64,000 bases of DNA from a virus. Lineage: Duplodnaviria; Caudoviricetes. Below the pieces are notes generated by a model. It made no database searches. It saw nothing but the letters and a program-made list of their open reading frames with translations, and had not been told where the DNA came from. Made by a program: the position numbers and the translations under genes. The first letter of the stretch is position 1. Every line of letters begins with the position of its first letter. Below, piece after piece: positions 39,613-49,891 of the stretch. The stretch covers positions 1 through 64,000 of the IMG/VR virus record IMGVR_UViG_3300009161_003648. The stretch is one strand, 5' to 3'.

Positions 39613-40191
39613 ATGGATATAGCTGAAAAAATGAGACAAAGGATATTTGATATAATTGACCCAAATATCGATTATACACAAGAAGATTTTGAAAAAGAAT
39701 TTGGTAATATTGATTATAGCAAAAACAATAATTCAAATTTTAAATTGAATATTAATTTTGTAAATGAATCCACAAACCCAAATCCAGAATACGCAACCGA
39801 GGGTTCATCAGGATTTGATTTAAGGGCAAATTTACAAACCCCTATCGAAATACCTAGTGGCGATATTCAAACCATTCCAACAGGATTATATTTTGAAATT
39901 CCACAAGGTCTTGAAATTCAAGTTAGACCAAGAAGTGGTTTAGCCGCAAAAAATGGTGTAACTGTTTTAAACACACCAGGCACCGTTGATTCAGATTACC
40001 GTGGTGAAGTTAAAGTAATACTTATTAATCATGGTAATAGAATATTTACCGTTAATCATGGGGATAGAATTGCACAAGCAGTTATTGCGTCAGTAATGGG
40101 TAAAAACGTTATTGAATTAAACAAAACTTCAAAAATTTCAAACGATACTGTTAGAGCATCTAATGGTTTTGGTAGTACTGGGTTACAATAA
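39613..40191 (+). CDS. dut: Trimeric dUTPase with N-terminal extension (ATG at 39613 preferred over TTG 39586)
   Basis: All five motifs present: GSSGFDL, RPRSGL, GTVDSDYRGE, RIAQ, GFGSTG. Confidence 0.95.
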   Translation: MDIAEKMRQRIFDIIDPNIDYTQEDFEKEFGNIDYSKNNNSNFKLNINFVNESTNPNPEYATEGSSGFDLRANLQTPIEIPSGDIQTIPTGLYFEIPQGLEIQVRPRSGLAAKNGVTVLNTPGTVDSDYRGEVKVILINHGNRIFTVNHGDRIAQAVIASVMGKNVIELNKTSKISNDTVRASNGFGSTGLQ

Positions 40192-40201
40192 AATAAAAAA
40201 A

Positions 40202-41194
40202 ATGAAATTAGATTTTAACGATTTGTTAATCGTACCAAAAGAAATAACAAATATAAATAGTCGAACTGAAATCAATCCGTACATTTTTGCGATGCTACCA
40301 TTAATTACCGCACCTATGGACACTGTTGTATCCAAAGAAAATGCGGGTTTATATATTATTAATAATATAAATGTATGCCTACCTAGAAACGTAGACTGTG
40401 ATTTAGGGTTTAAAGCATATTCAATATCTCAGATGAATGATTTATTAAATTCTAATAGAGGTATTTTAGAAAATGGGTATTATTTAATTGATGTTGCTAA
40501 TGGGCATATGGATTCGGTAATAAACATCACAAAAAAAATTAAAAAACAATATCCAATTTTAAAATTAATGGTTGGCAATGTTGCTAATCCAGAAACATAT
40601 CGATTACTGTCTGAAGCTGGTGCAGATTACGTCAGAGTTGGCATTGGCAATGGTGGTGGTTGTTTAACAACACAAAATACAGGTGTTGGGTATCCAATGG
40701 CGTCATTGATTAAAGAATGTTATGATATATCTGCAACATTAAACAACCCCGCATATATAGTTGCTGATGGTGGAATGCAAACATACAGCGACATAATTAA
40801 AGCTCTTGCATTAGGTGCTGACTATGTTATGCTTGGTAGTGTTCTAAATAAATCACTTGAATCTGCTGGTGATAATTATCTTTGGAAAAAAATAAAGGTA
40901 TCACAAACAATGGCTGAAAAAGCGTATAAACTAGGTATACCTGTTTATAAAATGTTTAGAGGTATGAGCACCAAAGAAGTTCAAAAAAAATGGGGTGCTA
41001 AAGTCATTAAAACTTCTGAGGGTGTTGTAAGATATCGAAGAGTAGAATACACCTTATCTCAATGGTCCGAAAACTTTGAACATTACTTACGTTCAGCAAT
41101 GAGCTATACAGGTTCACACAAACTAAGCGAATTTATCGGTAAAGCAAACTTAATACAAATAACAAATAACTCATATAAAAGATTTAACAAATGA
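40202..41194 (+). CDS. guaC: IMPDH/GMP reductase family, probably GMP reductase (start ATG 40202)
   Basis: ITAPMD, IDVANGH, GNVA, GIGNGGGCLT, VADGG, ALALGAD.VMLG and FRGMS. No CBS domains; the short flap lacks the IMPDH Arg-Tyr dyad. Confidence 0.75.
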   Translation: MKLDFNDLLIVPKEITNINSRTEINPYIFAMLPLITAPMDTVVSKENAGLYIINNINVCLPRNVDCDLGFKAYSISQMNDLLNSNRGILENGYYLIDVANGHMDSVINITKKIKKQYPILKLMVGNVANPETYRLLSEAGADYVRVGIGNGGGCLTTQNTGVGYPMASLIKECYDISATLNNPAYIVADGGMQTYSDIIKALALGADYVMLGSVLNKSLESAGDNYLWKKIKVSQTMAEKAYKLGIPVYKMFRGMSTKEVQKKWGAKVIKTSEGVVRYRRVEYTLSQWSENFEHYLRSAMSYTGSHKLSEFIGKANLIQITNNSYKRFNK

Positions 41195-42654
41195 TAACAG
41201 TAGTATATTGTACTAGAAACTCAAACCCTAAACACACAGAACATATTATTAAAATGTCTGGTTTAGGTAAACACATTGAAGTGATTGAAATTATAAATAA
41301 TGGTGAATCACTAACAAAATGTTATAACCGTGGATTAAAAGCTGCGAAAAACGATATTGTTGTATTTATGCACGACGATGTAATAATTGAAACTTCTGCT
41401 TGGGGTAGTAAAGTTATCAAACATTTTGAAAGCAACCCAGAATTTGGAATACTTGGTGTTGCTGGAACAACAGATATGCCATTAAGTGGCAGATGGTGGG
41501 AAGACAGAACGAAAATGGTTGGTATTGTTAACCACGAAAACGAAGGGAAAAAATGGGAGTCAAAATACTCTAAGAATTGGGCCAATGATATTGTAGAAGT
41601 ACTTTCTGTTGATGGATTATTTTTTGCTGTTCATAAAAATAGAATTAAAAATAATTTTGATGAGAATGTGGAAGGGTTCCACTTTTATGAAATTGATTTT
41701 GTATTCTCTAACTACTTAGCTGGTGTTAAAGTTGGTGTTCTTTTTAATGTACGATTAACCCACAAGTCAATCGGTATGACAAATGAACAATGGGAAGAAA
41801 ATAGACTTAACTTTGTTAAAAAATTTAATGATGATTTACCAGAAAAATTTGTACCAGCAACTTATCAGCCAAAAGAATCGAATAATAAAAATACAAAGGT
41901 TGGCGTTAAAATTGTGATACAATCACATGGTGATGTTAAGGTTTTTGAAACACTATATAATAAAATTAAATCTTTTAATTATCCTAATTTAACGATTTTT
42001 TTAATTACAATCGAAAACTCATATGATAGATTTAAAGATTTAAATTATGAAGGTGTTAAAATTTATGAAGGGTTTTATGATAGCTTACCAAAAAATTTAT
42101 CAATATTAAAATTTGAAGATGATTTTGTAACTAGCGACGACGATTTGATTTTTTTTATGAATGATGGTGTTGACATTATAAATAATATATTCTTAAGCTT
42201 TGCAAAAATTTACGGAATAAATAAAAACACCTTTGGTTGTGGGTTTCCTTTATCTTACAATCAAAATAACACAGTTTTTTGTTCTAGCTTAGAAATATTT
42301 GTGAATAAAGAAGGTAAAGTTGCGATTAATATGAAAGATAGCAACACATATTACAATGTTTATTATGGTAATATATTAAATAGTTTTGGTAATCTTGCTG
42401 ATTGTTTTGTAACAACATACACCAACTTAAAATCTTTAGATTGGTTTAAATTAAATTATGACACACCACTGTACTTTAATGAATTTTCGCTTAGATTATC
42501 ACTGAAAAATAAATTGACTTATAACGATACCAATTCATTAACTGTTCAAAAATCTTTTTTGGGTGAATCACATATCCAACAAGATTTTCAAAATCTTATT
42601 AATTTTGTTAGTACGGATGATAAATTAAAAGCATTAGTTAAAAATATAGAATGA
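41191..42654 (+). CDS. GT2-like glycosyltransferase with a second degenerate GT-A domain
   Basis: YNRGLKAAKNDIVVFMHDDV and FHFYEIDF in the N-terminal half; IFFMNDGV in the C-terminal half. Confidence 0.8.
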   Translation: MITVVYCTRNSNPKHTEHIIKMSGLGKHIEVIEIINNGESLTKCYNRGLKAAKNDIVVFMHDDVIIETSAWGSKVIKHFESNPEFGILGVAGTTDMPLSGRWWEDRTKMVGIVNHENEGKKWESKYSKNWANDIVEVLSVDGLFFAVHKNRIKNNFDENVEGFHFYEIDFVFSNYLAGVKVGVLFNVRLTHKSIGMTNEQWEENRLNFVKKFNDDLPEKFVPATYQPKESNNKNTKVGVKIVIQSHGDVKVFETLYNKIKSFNYPNLTIFLITIENSYDRFKDLNYEGVKIYEGFYDSLPKNLSILKFEDDFVTSDDDLIFFMNDGVDIINNIFLSFAKIYGINKNTFGCGFPLSYNQNNTVFCSSLEIFVNKEGKVAINMKDSNTYYNVYYGNILNSFGNLADCFVTTYTNLKSLDWFKLNYDTPLYFNEFSLRLSLKNKLTYNDTNSLTVQKSFLGESHIQQDFQNLINFVSTDDKLKALVKNIE

Positions 42655-43433
42655 TAAAGATAGTTTCTGGTTATACAAATAAAGGTGGGTCGACAATTGC
42701 ATTTATTAACTTAACAAATGCTTTAAATAATGCTGGTTACGATTGTACACTTTATGGACCACACGAATGGCATTTAGACAAGTGTAAATCTGGTTTATTA
42801 AACCAGTTGTCTTTTGATAAAAATGATAGTGTTATATCACATTATTTAAATTTAGAACAAAGACCAGACGTAAAAAAAATTGTTTTATCGTGTCATGAAA
42901 AATGGTGGTTTAGCTTTAGTAAAACTAATAGATACTTTGATAGTGCAGTTTTTTTACATGAAGCGCACAGAAATTTTCATTCAGATTACTATGGTGATTA
43001 TGTTATAATACCAAATCTAAAAGAAAATTTAATACCAAAAGAAAAACCAGAATTAGATTTAGTTGCAGGTATAGTTGGCTCTATTGAAGATAGAAAACAA
43101 ACACATGTTTCTATACAAAGAGCGATGAAAGATAAATGTAAAAAAATATACCTATTTGGTTCAATAAACGAAGAAGATTATTTCAACAACTACGTTAAAC
43201 CATTATTAAATCCAAAAATAGAAATGCTTGGCCATACAACAAATAAACAAGAAATGTATGACATGATTGGTAGAGTATATCATTCATCAAAAGGGGAAGT
43301 TGCTTGCTTAGTTAAAGACGAGTGTTATCTAACAAATACAAAGTTTTTTGGTAATGAAGAAACTGAAAATGAAGTCTCAACATTAACCAATGAAGAAATA
43401 ATAACACTATGGAAAAAAACACTTGATTTATGA
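42651..43433 (+). CDS. Glycosyltransferase, GT-B-like
   Basis: KGGSTIAFINLTNAL, GIVGSI..RKQ and E..CLV..EC pattern. Confidence 0.7.
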   Translation: MIKIVSGYTNKGGSTIAFINLTNALNNAGYDCTLYGPHEWHLDKCKSGLLNQLSFDKNDSVISHYLNLEQRPDVKKIVLSCHEKWWFSFSKTNRYFDSAVFLHEAHRNFHSDYYGDYVIIPNLKENLIPKEKPELDLVAGIVGSIEDRKQTHVSIQRAMKDKCKKIYLFGSINEEDYFNNYVKPLLNPKIEMLGHTTNKQEMYDMIGRVYHSSKGEVACLVKDECYLTNTKFFGNEETENEVSTLTNEEIITLWKKTLDL

Positions 43434-43975
43434 GAAAAATTTTTATAGATGGCGGTGCAAGGATTGGAGAATCAATACAAGAACTATTGGATAAAAGAGA
43501 AGACTTACAAGGTTGTGACGTATATCTTTTTGAATGTAATTCTGACCATCATAAAACACTTAATGATATTAAAGAAAACAATAAAAATTATAATTTTATT
43601 GTTAGAGAAGAAGCCCTGTGGAATAAAAATGGTGAACAATCATTTTATATATCCGTTGACCAATGGGGTGATTTAGGTTGTACATTAGATTCTAGCAAAC
43701 GTGAAAAACTTGATTTACAAAACCCTAGAACTGTTAAGACTTTAAGATTATCAGACTTTTTAGATGAGTTTAATGATGATGACTATATTGTTTTAAAATT
43801 AGATATTGAAGGTGGTGAGTACAAAGTTATTACTGATTTAATAAATACCGATAAAATCAAAAAGATTGATGAATTATTTGTTGAATGGCATGACCATTTT
43901 TTTAATATGTCATCGCAACCATTAAAAAATGCTTTATCACAATATAATATAAAAGTTAACCATAATTGGATGTAA
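43430..43975 (+). CDS. FkbM-family methyltransferase
   Basis: FIDGGARIGES, LFE and LKLDIEGGEY. Confidence 0.85.
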   Translation: MRKIFIDGGARIGESIQELLDKREDLQGCDVYLFECNSDHHKTLNDIKENNKNYNFIVREEALWNKNGEQSFYISVDQWGDLGCTLDSSKREKLDLQNPRTVKTLRLSDFLDEFNDDDYIVLKLDIEGGEYKVITDLINTDKIKKIDELFVEWHDHFFNMSSQPLKNALSQYNIKVNHNWM

Positions 43976-43976
43976 T

Positions 43977-44699
43977 ATGAACATACACGCACACATACTT
44001 TCTTGGAATGAAGAAAAAATATTACCATATACGTTAGACCATTATTCTAATATCTGCAGTAAAATTTTTATACACGATAATATGTCAACCGATAGTTCTG
44101 ATGAGATATATAAAAAATATCCAAAGGTTACAGTATTAAAATGGGACAGTGGCAATGAAATCAATGAACTTAATTACACAAAAATAAAATCAGAGTCATA
44201 TAAACAATATAGCAGAGGCGAGGATGTTGATTGGGTTATTGTATGTGATTGTGATGAATTTTTATATCACGAAAATTTAATTGAAAAACTAAAAGAATAT
44301 AAATCTATTGGTGTTACTGTTCCAAGGATAGATGGACACGATATGGTTTCAGAAACTTTTCCCGACTACGATGGAATCCCATTAACAGAAAAAGTTAAAA
44401 TTGGTTCAGATACTTATGGCCCAATGTGTAAGAATATTATCTTTAGCCCTAAGTTAGATGTACAATACGGTATTGGTGGTCATAGCTTTGGCTCAAATGG
44501 TACAGTATACTCTGATTCTGCAGATTTAAAATTATTACACTATAAATTTTTGGGTAAAGATTACGTTAAACGAGCATATGTTGCTAGAGCTAAAAGATTA
44601 TCATCATTTAACAAACAACATAAATTTGGTGAACACTATTTTAATTTACCCTTTGAATATATGGATAACATGTTATCAGAAAAAAGACAAGTCATATGA
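43977..44699 (+). CDS. GT2-like glycosyltransferase
   Basis: WNEEKILPY.LDHY, HDNMSTD, WVIVCDCDEF and LLHYK. Confidence 0.85.
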   Translation: MNIHAHILSWNEEKILPYTLDHYSNICSKIFIHDNMSTDSSDEIYKKYPKVTVLKWDSGNEINELNYTKIKSESYKQYSRGEDVDWVIVCDCDEFLYHENLIEKLKEYKSIGVTVPRIDGHDMVSETFPDYDGIPLTEKVKIGSDTYGPMCKNIIFSPKLDVQYGIGGHSFGSNGTVYSDSADLKLLHYKFLGKDYVKRAYVARAKRLSSFNKQHKFGEHYFNLPFEYMDNMLSEKRQVI

Positions 44700-45520
44700 G
44701 AAAAATATTAGTTTCTGATTTTACAACTAAAGAAGCGCCTCATGGTGGTTCAGAATGGGTTAACGAAGTTTTAATTAAGAAATTTAATTTAGAATTTGAA
44801 TATTCGTCCCAGTTACAATCGTGGGATACGGAAAACTTTTATATAATTTCAAACATTTCATTGATGAACCCAACGTTAGTTAGAGAAATACCAAAGTTAA
44901 ATTATATAATTATTGAAAACGATTATAAAATATGCGAGAGTAGACACCCGTGGCGATATCCAAATTCAATAGTACCAAAAAACCAAAGAATAAACTACGA
45001 TATTTACAAAAATGCTAAAGCGGTATTTGTTCAAACGACAGACCATTTTAATGTATATAAAGCAAATGAGGTTGAGGGTAATTTTATAAATTTAAATTGC
45101 TCAATATGGTCTGACGAAGATTTAGAAATGTTAAATAATTTTTTAATGAACAAACCAACAAAAAATGGTAAGACCGCTGTTTATTATACTAACAACTGGA
45201 TAAAAAATAGTGAAGGTGCTATTAAATATTGTAACGACAATGGATTAACACCTGAACTTATTGAAAACAATCCAAATAGACAAGATTTTTTAGACAAATT
45301 ATCTAGTTGCTCACAATTAGTTTTTTTACCCATTGCTAGAGAAACTTTTTGTCGGTTAGTTGTTGAGGCTAAATGCATGGGGTTAGAAGTGATAACAACT
45401 AAAAATTATGGTGCGTCTTTAGAAACTTGGTTTGATATGAAAGGTGCTGACATGCTTAAATTTTTAAGGTTTAAAACTGATAAGAATATAACAACCATAG
45501 GTCAATATATAAATTTTTAA
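44696..45520 (+). CDS. Glycosyltransferase, GT-B-like
   Basis: HGGSEW and LVFLP..RETFCRLVVEAKCMGL (EX7E-like). Confidence 0.7.
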   Translation: MRKILVSDFTTKEAPHGGSEWVNEVLIKKFNLEFEYSSQLQSWDTENFYIISNISLMNPTLVREIPKLNYIIIENDYKICESRHPWRYPNSIVPKNQRINYDIYKNAKAVFVQTTDHFNVYKANEVEGNFINLNCSIWSDEDLEMLNNFLMNKPTKNGKTAVYYTNNWIKNSEGAIKYCNDNGLTPELIENNPNRQDFLDKLSSCSQLVFLPIARETFCRLVVEAKCMGLEVITTKNYGASLETWFDMKGADMLKFLRFKTDKNITTIGQYINF

Positions 45521-45522
45521 TT

Positions 45523-46437
45523 ATGTCGATTCAGAAATGGTTTAAAAATAAAATTACTGCACTATCAATAGCTTTTTCAAACGTTGAAAAAAATCTATTG
45601 AATCAAGATGGTAAAAATTTAGGTGAAGATATTAAACAAACCAGAAGGCATCTACAGGGTACGCTTGTTGATTCTTTATTACATGGCGAGGTTACCCAAG
45701 AGGTGAAAAATTTACGATGGAGGACATATAAAATTTTAAAAGAAACACAAGCAGCTGAAATTATTTTTGAAGGTGTTGACGAAAATGGAATGCCAATTTA
45801 TACTATCAGTAAAAAAAATACAAAAAAGGGTTTATCTAAAATTAAAATTGATAAATTTGACAATTATAAATTAGAATTAGTTGTTGACAATAGCGAAATA
45901 TCAAATAGTGTTACTGAGGCTATAAATGATTTATTAAAAGACGGTATAATTAATGGTGCTGAATATTTTGCGACTAGTAAAGGCGATAACCCAATTAAAA
46001 TTAAAAGGGCAACAATGCCAAAATTTTGTATTGAAAGATATACTAAAAAATTAAATATTAGAAAAATAAATAAAGACAAAAAACTATTAGAGTTTTATGT
46101 TAATAAATATTCAAATGAATATAATGTAAATGCCAATTTATTTTTAAATGAAATTAATAAACTTATTAAAAACGGTCCTCATAATATTAACTTTTTAGAA
46201 CTAGATGAGGTTAGCTTTATATCAAATAATACAATTGGAACCAGCGACTTTTTAAGTTATTCATATGGTAATATATCTTTTGATAAAGTTATTGAATTTA
46301 ATGGTTATTACGTTATAAAGTTTTTTGCTGAAGTAATTAATGATGGTGACGATATTCTTTCAGAATATATTGAACCTGAATTAGATGAAAAATATAAAAA
46401 TAAAGAATCTAAAATAAAAAGACCAAAAGATTATTAA
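45523..46437 (+). CDS. Hypothetical protein
   Basis: 304-aa ORF inside the cluster with no recognisable motif. Confidence 0.7.
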   Translation: MSIQKWFKNKITALSIAFSNVEKNLLNQDGKNLGEDIKQTRRHLQGTLVDSLLHGEVTQEVKNLRWRTYKILKETQAAEIIFEGVDENGMPIYTISKKNTKKGLSKIKIDKFDNYKLELVVDNSEISNSVTEAINDLLKDGIINGAEYFATSKGDNPIKIKRATMPKFCIERYTKKLNIRKINKDKKLLEFYVNKYSNEYNVNANLFLNEINKLIKNGPHNINFLELDEVSFISNNTIGTSDFLSYSYGNISFDKVIEFNGYYVIKFFAEVINDGDDILSEYIEPELDEKYKNKESKIKRPKDY

Positions 46438-46439
46438 AT

Positions 46440-47099
46440 ATGAACCTAATAATAAAATTTCCAACTAGAAATCGGGTAGAAAAATTTAAAAAAGTACTAG
46501 AAAGATATATAAAATTTTTAGATGACAAAACAACTAAAATTATCGTTAGTTGCGATATTGATGATACTTCAATGAATAACGATAACATTATTGAATATAT
46601 CCTGCAATACCCAAATGTTGAGATTTTTTATAGCGATAATAAATCAAAAATAGATGCAGTAAACGCCGATTTAAAAAATGTTGATTTTGATATTGTTTTA
46701 CTCGCATCTGACGATATGATACCTATTAAAAAAGGTTTTGACACAATAATAAAAAATAAAATGTCTGAGGTATATCCAGATACCGACGGAATCTTATGGT
46801 TTAATGACGGGTTTCAAGGTAATAAATTAAATACACTATCAATATTGGGAAAAAAATATTATGATAGGTTTGGTTATATATATTATCCCGAATATCTGTC
46901 AGCTTATTGTGATAATGAGTTTATGGAAATTGGTAATATGTTAAATAAACAAACATATTTTGACGAAATAATAATTCAGCATCAACACCCAGATTGGGGG
47001 TTTGGTGATACCGACTATATACATGTTTTAAATAGTATTAATGGTGGTCACGATAACACGTTGTATAACAACAGAAAAAAAAATAATTTTTATTTATGA
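46440..47099 (+). CDS. GT-A/GT2-like glycosyltransferase
   Basis: KFPTRNR, DIDD, KIDAVN, LLASDDMIP and YCDNEF. Confidence 0.8.
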   Translation: MNLIIKFPTRNRVEKFKKVLERYIKFLDDKTTKIIVSCDIDDTSMNNDNIIEYILQYPNVEIFYSDNKSKIDAVNADLKNVDFDIVLLASDDMIPIKKGFDTIIKNKMSEVYPDTDGILWFNDGFQGNKLNTLSILGKKYYDRFGYIYYPEYLSAYCDNEFMEIGNMLNKQTYFDEIIIQHQHPDWGFGDTDYIHVLNSINGGHDNTLYNNRKKNNFYL

Positions 47100-47920
47100 A
47101 AGTAGCATTTAATACAATGTTTAAAAATGAAGAAATTTTATTAAACGAAGTTTTAAAAATATGGAAAAATTACCCAATTGATTTATTCATATTTTATGAT
47201 GATAATTCAGTAGATTCATCTGTCGATGTAATTAAAAAAAATTTACCAAGCGATAAATTTATCATTATTAATGATAAATTAACTAGCTTTAATGAATCAT
47301 ATCAAAGACAAAGAATGATTGATGTTGCTAAAATGAATGACATTGATTTTGTTTTTTCGATTGATTGTGACGAACTGCTAACCAGCAATATCGTATCAGA
47401 TTTTAATAGTTTTATAAACATATATAATACCTATGATATGCGATTATTTTGGTACAATTCTGTTAACAATATAAATGAATACAGAACCGACCCATTATAT
47501 GCACATAATTATCGAACGTTTGTAATACCATTAAATTTTTGTGGTACATTAAATAAAAATGATTTTAAATATCACACACCAAGAACACCACAAATTAATT
47601 TACCAGCAACACAGACTGCTGACTATGGTGTGATACATTTACAGGCGATTAATAAGAGATATTATGCAATAAAACAGCTTTGGTATAAGCATCATGAATT
47701 TGTTAATTATGGTCATAGTGTTTCATTCATAAATGATAGATACGACCCAGTGGTAAATAATCTAACATTTAATGAAGTTAAAATACCAAATCATTTAATC
47801 GAAGGTATTGAATTCAATATAGATGTTTTTAACGCTCTAGAAAAATCTAAAGGGTATTTACAATTTATAAAGGAAAATTATAATGGGGAACTAATAACAT
47901 TTGGAAAAGAATATTTATAA
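47096..47920 (+). CDS. GT2-like glycosyltransferase
   Basis: MFKNEE, YDDNSVD, FSIDCDE and VIHLQ. Confidence 0.75.
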   Translation: MKVAFNTMFKNEEILLNEVLKIWKNYPIDLFIFYDDNSVDSSVDVIKKNLPSDKFIIINDKLTSFNESYQRQRMIDVAKMNDIDFVFSIDCDELLTSNIVSDFNSFINIYNTYDMRLFWYNSVNNINEYRTDPLYAHNYRTFVIPLNFCGTLNKNDFKYHTPRTPQINLPATQTADYGVIHLQAINKRYYAIKQLWYKHHEFVNYGHSVSFINDRYDPVVNNLTFNEVKIPNHLIEGIEFNIDVFNALEKSKGYLQFIKENYNGELITFGKEYL

Positions 47921-47921
47921 T

Positions 47922-48665
47922 ATGAATAACTATACAATTGGTATAACAACATTTTCAAACAGATATCATTACATTGTAAAACTATTATCACAAATAAGAA
48001 AATTTACAGACAAAAAAATTGTGTTGATAGTTAATGGTGAAAAAAATGGTGAGTTTGATGACGATTACAGAAATAACATTTTATTGTTATCCGCAAAATA
48101 TTCACATGTATACCCAATATTTTTTATTGAAACTAGAGGATTGTCAAAATTATGGAATACGGCACTAATAAATTCATACGATGATAATTTACTATTACTA
48201 AATGATGATTTAGAAATACATTCATCTGACATTTTTGATAAAGTAGATGCTCACATAAATACAAACAACTTTAATGGTATAACAAAAATAAATAATTCTT
48301 TTTCACATTTTATCGTAAATAAAACTGTGATTGACAGCATCGGATATTTTGATGAAAGGTTAATAGGTTTTGGTGAGGAAGATGGCGATATAACGTATCA
48401 ATTATTAAAAATAGGTTTAAACATTAATAATTTATTTATTAATGGTGTAATTAATATCGTTTCAAATGTAAGACATGAGCATATTAAATCTGGGATTGGC
48501 AAATATTCACATTTTAATAGGGAGTTTATTTATAATCAAAAATATGAAAAAAACCTAGCAGGTAATTTAAGGGGCATGTTTGACACACCTATGAATCAAA
48601 TTTTAAACAATATAAAGCAATACCCATACGAAAACTTCTTTAGGGAAAACAAAACAAAATTATGA
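47922..48665 (+). CDS. GT2-like glycosyltransferase (ATG 47922 preferred over TTG 47901)
   Basis: IGITTF, GLSKLWN, LLLNDD and GYFDERL.GFGEEDGD. Confidence 0.85.
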   Translation: MNNYTIGITTFSNRYHYIVKLLSQIRKFTDKKIVLIVNGEKNGEFDDDYRNNILLLSAKYSHVYPIFFIETRGLSKLWNTALINSYDDNLLLLNDDLEIHSSDIFDKVDAHINTNNFNGITKINNSFSHFIVNKTVIDSIGYFDERLIGFGEEDGDITYQLLKIGLNINNLFINGVINIVSNVRHEHIKSGIGKYSHFNREFIYNQKYEKNLAGNLRGMFDTPMNQILNNIKQYPYENFFRENKTKL

Positions 48666-49891
48666 TGAAAATAACTAATTTAGAAAAATCCCCACTATAC
48701 AGTAAATTATTTGAAAAAGATTTAAATAATAGGGAAATTAATTTATATAAGTTATCCAATGTTATACCATGCGGTGAATCTTTATTTTACCCTAACCCTT
48801 TATTTTTTTCAAAAAAAGAAAATGTACTTTATTCTCCAATAAATGAAACAACAATGTCCTTAAAGGATATCACACATAAAAAAGAGTATTTCCTGCCAGA
48901 TATTGAATATACAAAAACAGAAAAACACCCGCTATTTTTTTTCGTGTACAACACAGATAATTACTATCATTTTATTTATGATACACTACCATACTTAATA
49001 TCATTTTTTAAATTAAAAGAAACTATTCCAGACGTAAAACTTTTAATGAATTACCCCAACGAAACAAAAAAAGAATTTTATAAATTTATAATTGAGTTTT
49101 TAGATATATTAGGGATAAAAAATAACGATATCAAAATAATTAATGATAATACAGTATATGAAACATTATATATTTCTGATTCTTATACACACGGACACGA
49201 CTCTAATTTACCACCAAGGAATGAAATTTTTGATTTTTACAAAAGTATAGCCGATACCGTTAATATTGAAAGTGACAAAAAAGTTGACACTAAAAAAATA
49301 TACATATCTAGACGGTCTTGGAAACATGGTGATTTTTCAAATATTGGCACCAATTATACTACTAGAAGAAAAATGGTAAATGAAGATGACCTAGTTGAAT
49401 ATCTTGAAACGTTAGGGTATGTTGAAGTATTTGCTGAAACAATGTCAACTAAAGAAAAAATATTACTTTTCTCAAACGCAGATAAAATTGTTGGGGCGAT
49501 AGGTGGTGGGTTATGTAATGTTGTTTTTTCAAGTAAAAAATGCGATTTAATTTCAATAGTTTCACCATATTTTTTACACATTAACAATAGATTTAAATAT
49601 TCATTAAGTTGTGCAAACTTAAAACTTTTTGATATCGTTGAACACGTTGAAAAAACAGAATTTAAAAAATATATGCGTGTTAAATATAAAGACATCGTTG
49701 GTGAAATTATCAATGTATATGATAACGAGGTTGAAATTGCATACGCTAATAAAACAATATCTGGCTGGAACAATGAAATTAATTTTAATAAAATAAATGT
49801 AAATAAAAACGACTGTACTAAACTAGACGATGGACTAAACTCTTCGTTTGAAATAAATTTAAATGAATTTAAAAAAGAAACGTTATTATGA
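48662..49891 (+). CDS. GT61 (DUF563)-like glycosyltransferase
   Basis: NYYHFIYD.LP, KIYISRR, R.MVNE..L...L and EKILLFSNADKIVGAIGGGLCN. Confidence 0.8.
   Translation: MMKITNLEKSPLYSKLFEKDLNNREINLYKLSNVIPCGESLFYPNPLFFSKKENVLYSPINETTMSLKDITHKKEYFLPDIEYTKTEKHPLFFFVYNTDNYYHFIYDTLPYLISFFKLKETIPDVKLLMNYPNETKKEFYKFIIEFLDILGIKNNDIKIINDNTVYETLYISDSYTHGHDSNLPPRNEIFDFYKSIADTVNIESDKKVDTKKIYISRRSWKHGDFSNIGTNYTTRRKMVNEDDLVEYLETLGYVEVFAETMSTKEKILLFSNADKIVGAIGGGLCNVVFSSKKCDLISIVSPYFLHINNRFKYSLSCANLKLFDIVEHVEKTEFKKYMRVKYKDIVGEIINVYDNEVEIAYANKTISGWNNEINFNKINVNKNDCTKLDDGLNSSFEINLNEFKKETLL

Noticed and set aside
47909-47920. ATATTTATA inside the glycan cluster as a late promoter
   Set aside because: It coincides with the codons E-Y-L-stop of the upstream gene and lies only 1-2 nt before the next ATG, so it is probably coincidental.
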